From Dipteris shenzhenensis (Eukaryota): 64,000 nt of DNA. Under the pieces are notes generated by a model. The model searched no databases. It had not been told where the DNA came from and saw only the letters and a program-made list of their open reading frames with translations. The stretch lies in assembly GCA_047967505.1 (NCBI GenBank), contig CM106538.1. One strand, 5' to 3'. Below, piece after piece: positions 60,930 to 64,000 of this stretch. The first letter of the stretch is position 1. Each line of letters starts with the position of its first letter. A program made the translations under genes and the position numbers.

Positions 60930-63900
60930 CGCTATCCACATCAACAAGAAACTCAAAAATATATACAAGTGACTCTTGTACCAACCAACCCTCGGCCATG
61001 CTACCTTTGGGTCTTGCATTTTGTCTCACGAAACCCTTCAAGGTCTTCATGAAGCGCTTGAGGAAGAACAACCATCATGCATGTACAGTACCGCATATAG
61101 CAATCTCATCCACCAAATGGACTATGAGATGTAGTTGGCTTGTGAGAATAGAACGTGGAAATGTCTCCTCTACTAAACAAACCACCTCCACTGACATAAC
61201 TCGAGCATTCTCAAGCATGGTGGGATCTATTTCCTTTGAGCTCACATACCTAGAAAGGAAAAAGTATGCAATATTAGCAATATGAACACCTTGCATCTTG
61301 TAAAGTACCTCACAAGCTCACCCATCTTGTAAATACAATATTCAGATTTTGTATCTTGTAAAGTACCTAACAAGCTCACCCATCTTGTAAATACAATCCT
61401 TCACGTCCTTCGATGCACTCTGAGAAATGCTAGTAGGTAGTATGAACTAAACACATGAGGAATGATTAAATAGTTGCTTCTAATTCAGTCACAAATTTGG
61501 AAGGAAAAAGATTTTATGCACATAAAATACTTACTTGGAGCATCTTGTGCCAATCATGAGATTTCAAGCCATATAATTTCTCTACACCTCTTTTCTTGCT
61601 CTTTGTGAAGGCCCCCTTCAAGCACCTCATGTATCCAGTGGGAGTATGATAGCTCGCTTCACTGCCACCATCTCTAACTTTGATAACCTCCACGGTGCAC
61701 AAGGTAAAAAGACACGTCCATTTGGCCTCTCTTGTGGGCCAAGCTTCATGCATCCTCCCTATGGTACGTAGATCCTTTCTTATGCCTGCGAAATCTCATG
61801 TCCCATTTAAATGTTCCCAAATGGTAGACGCCACATTCTTGAAGATATGCATGGGATCAAGCAGGTGATTATGGGACCAATATGGTAAACGATAAAAGAT
61901 GGAGTATCTAAACAAAAGCTGGTGTTAGCAGTCAATCTTTATTTCCAGCCAATATAGCACACAATAGCTACAAACCCTTACCAGTTCATGCCAAGTGGTG
62001 GAGTTGTGGATCCGTCCCAAATTCTCATCCAATCTCCCGCAGTGAGTGACTATGGGGTGACTGCATTCCAAGGGGCGACATCTAAGATGATCAGGTGGGA
62101 GAAATCAATGGTGGTTCTCATAGATGACCTTATTCAATGCATCTGCCTATGAGGCAACTAGTGAAGGACCACAAACAGGACATCCATGGTAACCTGATGT
62201 AGTGAGACTTGAACAATAGATGCAATTAAGAGTTCAAGGTGGGTTTAGGGTGCCACATCGATCGCCTACTCATAATTAAAAGTGCAATGCTTACTTGAAC
62301 ACTCGCCATAGCCTGGGAAGTCATGCATCATCCACATCAAGACTGCTTTGTAGTTGATGTCTCGTGAGATGAGGGAGGCCTGCTCACATCATGCACCTCG
62401 ATACCTCTCCAAAGTATCTCTAGCTCGTCGTCAATCAAAGGCTCCAAATAAACATCAGGATTTTTGGCTTTATGTTTCCCTGGAATTAGAAGGGATAACA
62501 TAACATGTCCTTTCTTAATCGCCATAGAGGGTGGAAGATTATAATTCACCAATATCATTAGCCATACACTGTAAGAGGTGCTTTTGAGACCAAATGGGTT
62601 CACAACATCCATACCCAATCCAAGTCTCAAGCTCCTAGGTTCTTTCTTGAAGCTTGGCCATGTGTCTTCAATATGCTTCCACACAGGAGTGTCTACAGGA
62701 GTTCTCCACTTGCCATCGGTTGATCGATGGGAGGAATGCCATGACATGAGCTCTACAATGGATTTGCACTTGGACATATGTTGGATGTGAGGGATTATGG
62801 GAAAATGTCGCAGAACCTTACAAGGCACATCCAAAGTTTTGAGATTTGCTCTATATCTTGCCTCTCCACAAGTAGGACACTCTCTTTATCCTTATGTTGT
62901 CCACAAAACAGAACGCAATCGTTGACGCATGCATGGATGCGCTTGTAATCTAATCCTCCAAGAGGTCACATGTTGCCTTGCTATATCTCTTGAGGTCGGT
63001 AATTTATTCTCCCTTGGAAGCATTTTACGCAATAGCCTGCACGTGAAGACCATAAATTAGAAAAAGCATTCGAGTAATTGACCCACTATCATAATTCACC
63101 ATGTTTGCAAAATAGACTTTAAAGCTTACTTGAGTAATGCATTCACGAGGGATTCACTAGTAGTAATAAGGAGATGTCACCTGCGTGCAATAAATATATG
63201 AAAATTCCTCTTATCTATCCCCTATTTATGGGACCTTACCTTATAAAATGTACCTTCCTTCCCTTATATAACCCCCCTCCCTTACACTCACATGGTACCG
63301 TGTGGTACCGTACGATAAACCCTAGTGGACCCCCCGGGAATGTATTCAAACTTGCATTGCTCCATCCATAGATGGTCTGCAAGTTTAGTTACTCAAGGGA
63401 GGCACGTAGAACATAGAATATGCACCCCTCAAACAGTGGAGTCGGTGCTGCGGTAAAAAGATCATCTTGCTCCATGCTATCATCCCTACCTAAGGATTGA
63501 TGGACATATAAATCCCGCCTCATATCATCAAACACCCCCTCCTCCACGGCCTCATGAGGTAATGGCAGAGGGCTACTATCACCATCACTCCATGCATTCG
63601 TAATGGTCCCTCTTGAAGATCCCACCTCATATTGCCGACGCTTCGCCTCCTCATGACGACGAGCATAGGGCAACATATGTGGGTGTCATCCTGTACCAAA
63701 TTAAAATGGGATCATAACTCAAGCACATGAACAACCATATGTATCTCAATCAATCTTAACTCTTTAACACTTACCATGTTTATGGTTGCATCCCATTCTC
63801 CATACTTTGAGACGTGATTGAGTGTAATTCTACATGCACGATACATGTTTCCTCGACATCGATCACACATACATTTGATTTTTTGCTCCAACCACATTTT

Positions 63901-63975
63901 GCGATGGTGGATACGGAGGGATTCATCCTCACTGGAGCTACATATTGAAGATGAAGACATCCTACATATAAACAA
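60930..63975 (-). pseudogene. CACTA (En/Spm) TnpD-like transposase (Transposase_21 plus DUF4218-like), degenerate and intron-containing
   Basis: CMCDRC N-terminal motif; VPCKVLRHFP; W...EPRSLRLGLGMD..NPF; NYNLPP; DVYLEPLID; LDPMHIFKNV; GLKSHDWHKMLQ; HLIVHLVDEIAICG; WMF...RFMKTLKGFVRQNARPKGSMAEG. Confidence 0.92.
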
Positions 63976-64000
63976 CCCAAAATTTGTTCTTGGATGAGTT

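Overview
Eukaryotic, transposon-dominated land-plant DNA. A fern or other seed-free plant is my inference, based on the style of the PPR protein and TE families and on Arabidopsis-type TTTAGGG repeats. There is one apparently intact host gene, an intronless PLS-E class PPR protein (35394-37853, minus). The rest is nested mobile DNA. It includes three truncated copies and a solo LTR of one Ty1/Copia family, a near-intact Tork/Tnt1-like Copia with a CACAC target-site duplication (TSD) inserted into a Helentron/Helitron2-type RepHel gene, a gag-only LTR element, Gypsy and Copia relics, and a CACTA transposase pseudogene. The most unusual signals are four. (1) An intron-containing pseudogene carrying P-element-superfamily transposase motifs in the expected order, next to a possible DNA-methylase-like relic. 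(2) A foldback cassette of palindromic ACCTGTTGC half-sites bracketed by outward-facing telomere-type arrays. (3) A stem-loop that places the polypurine tract (PPT) and the first bases of the 3' LTR in a 17-18 nt loop in three sequence-unrelated LTR families. (4) Out-of-frame E+ remnants behind the PPR stop codon. All calls come from reading motifs by eye; no database search was run.
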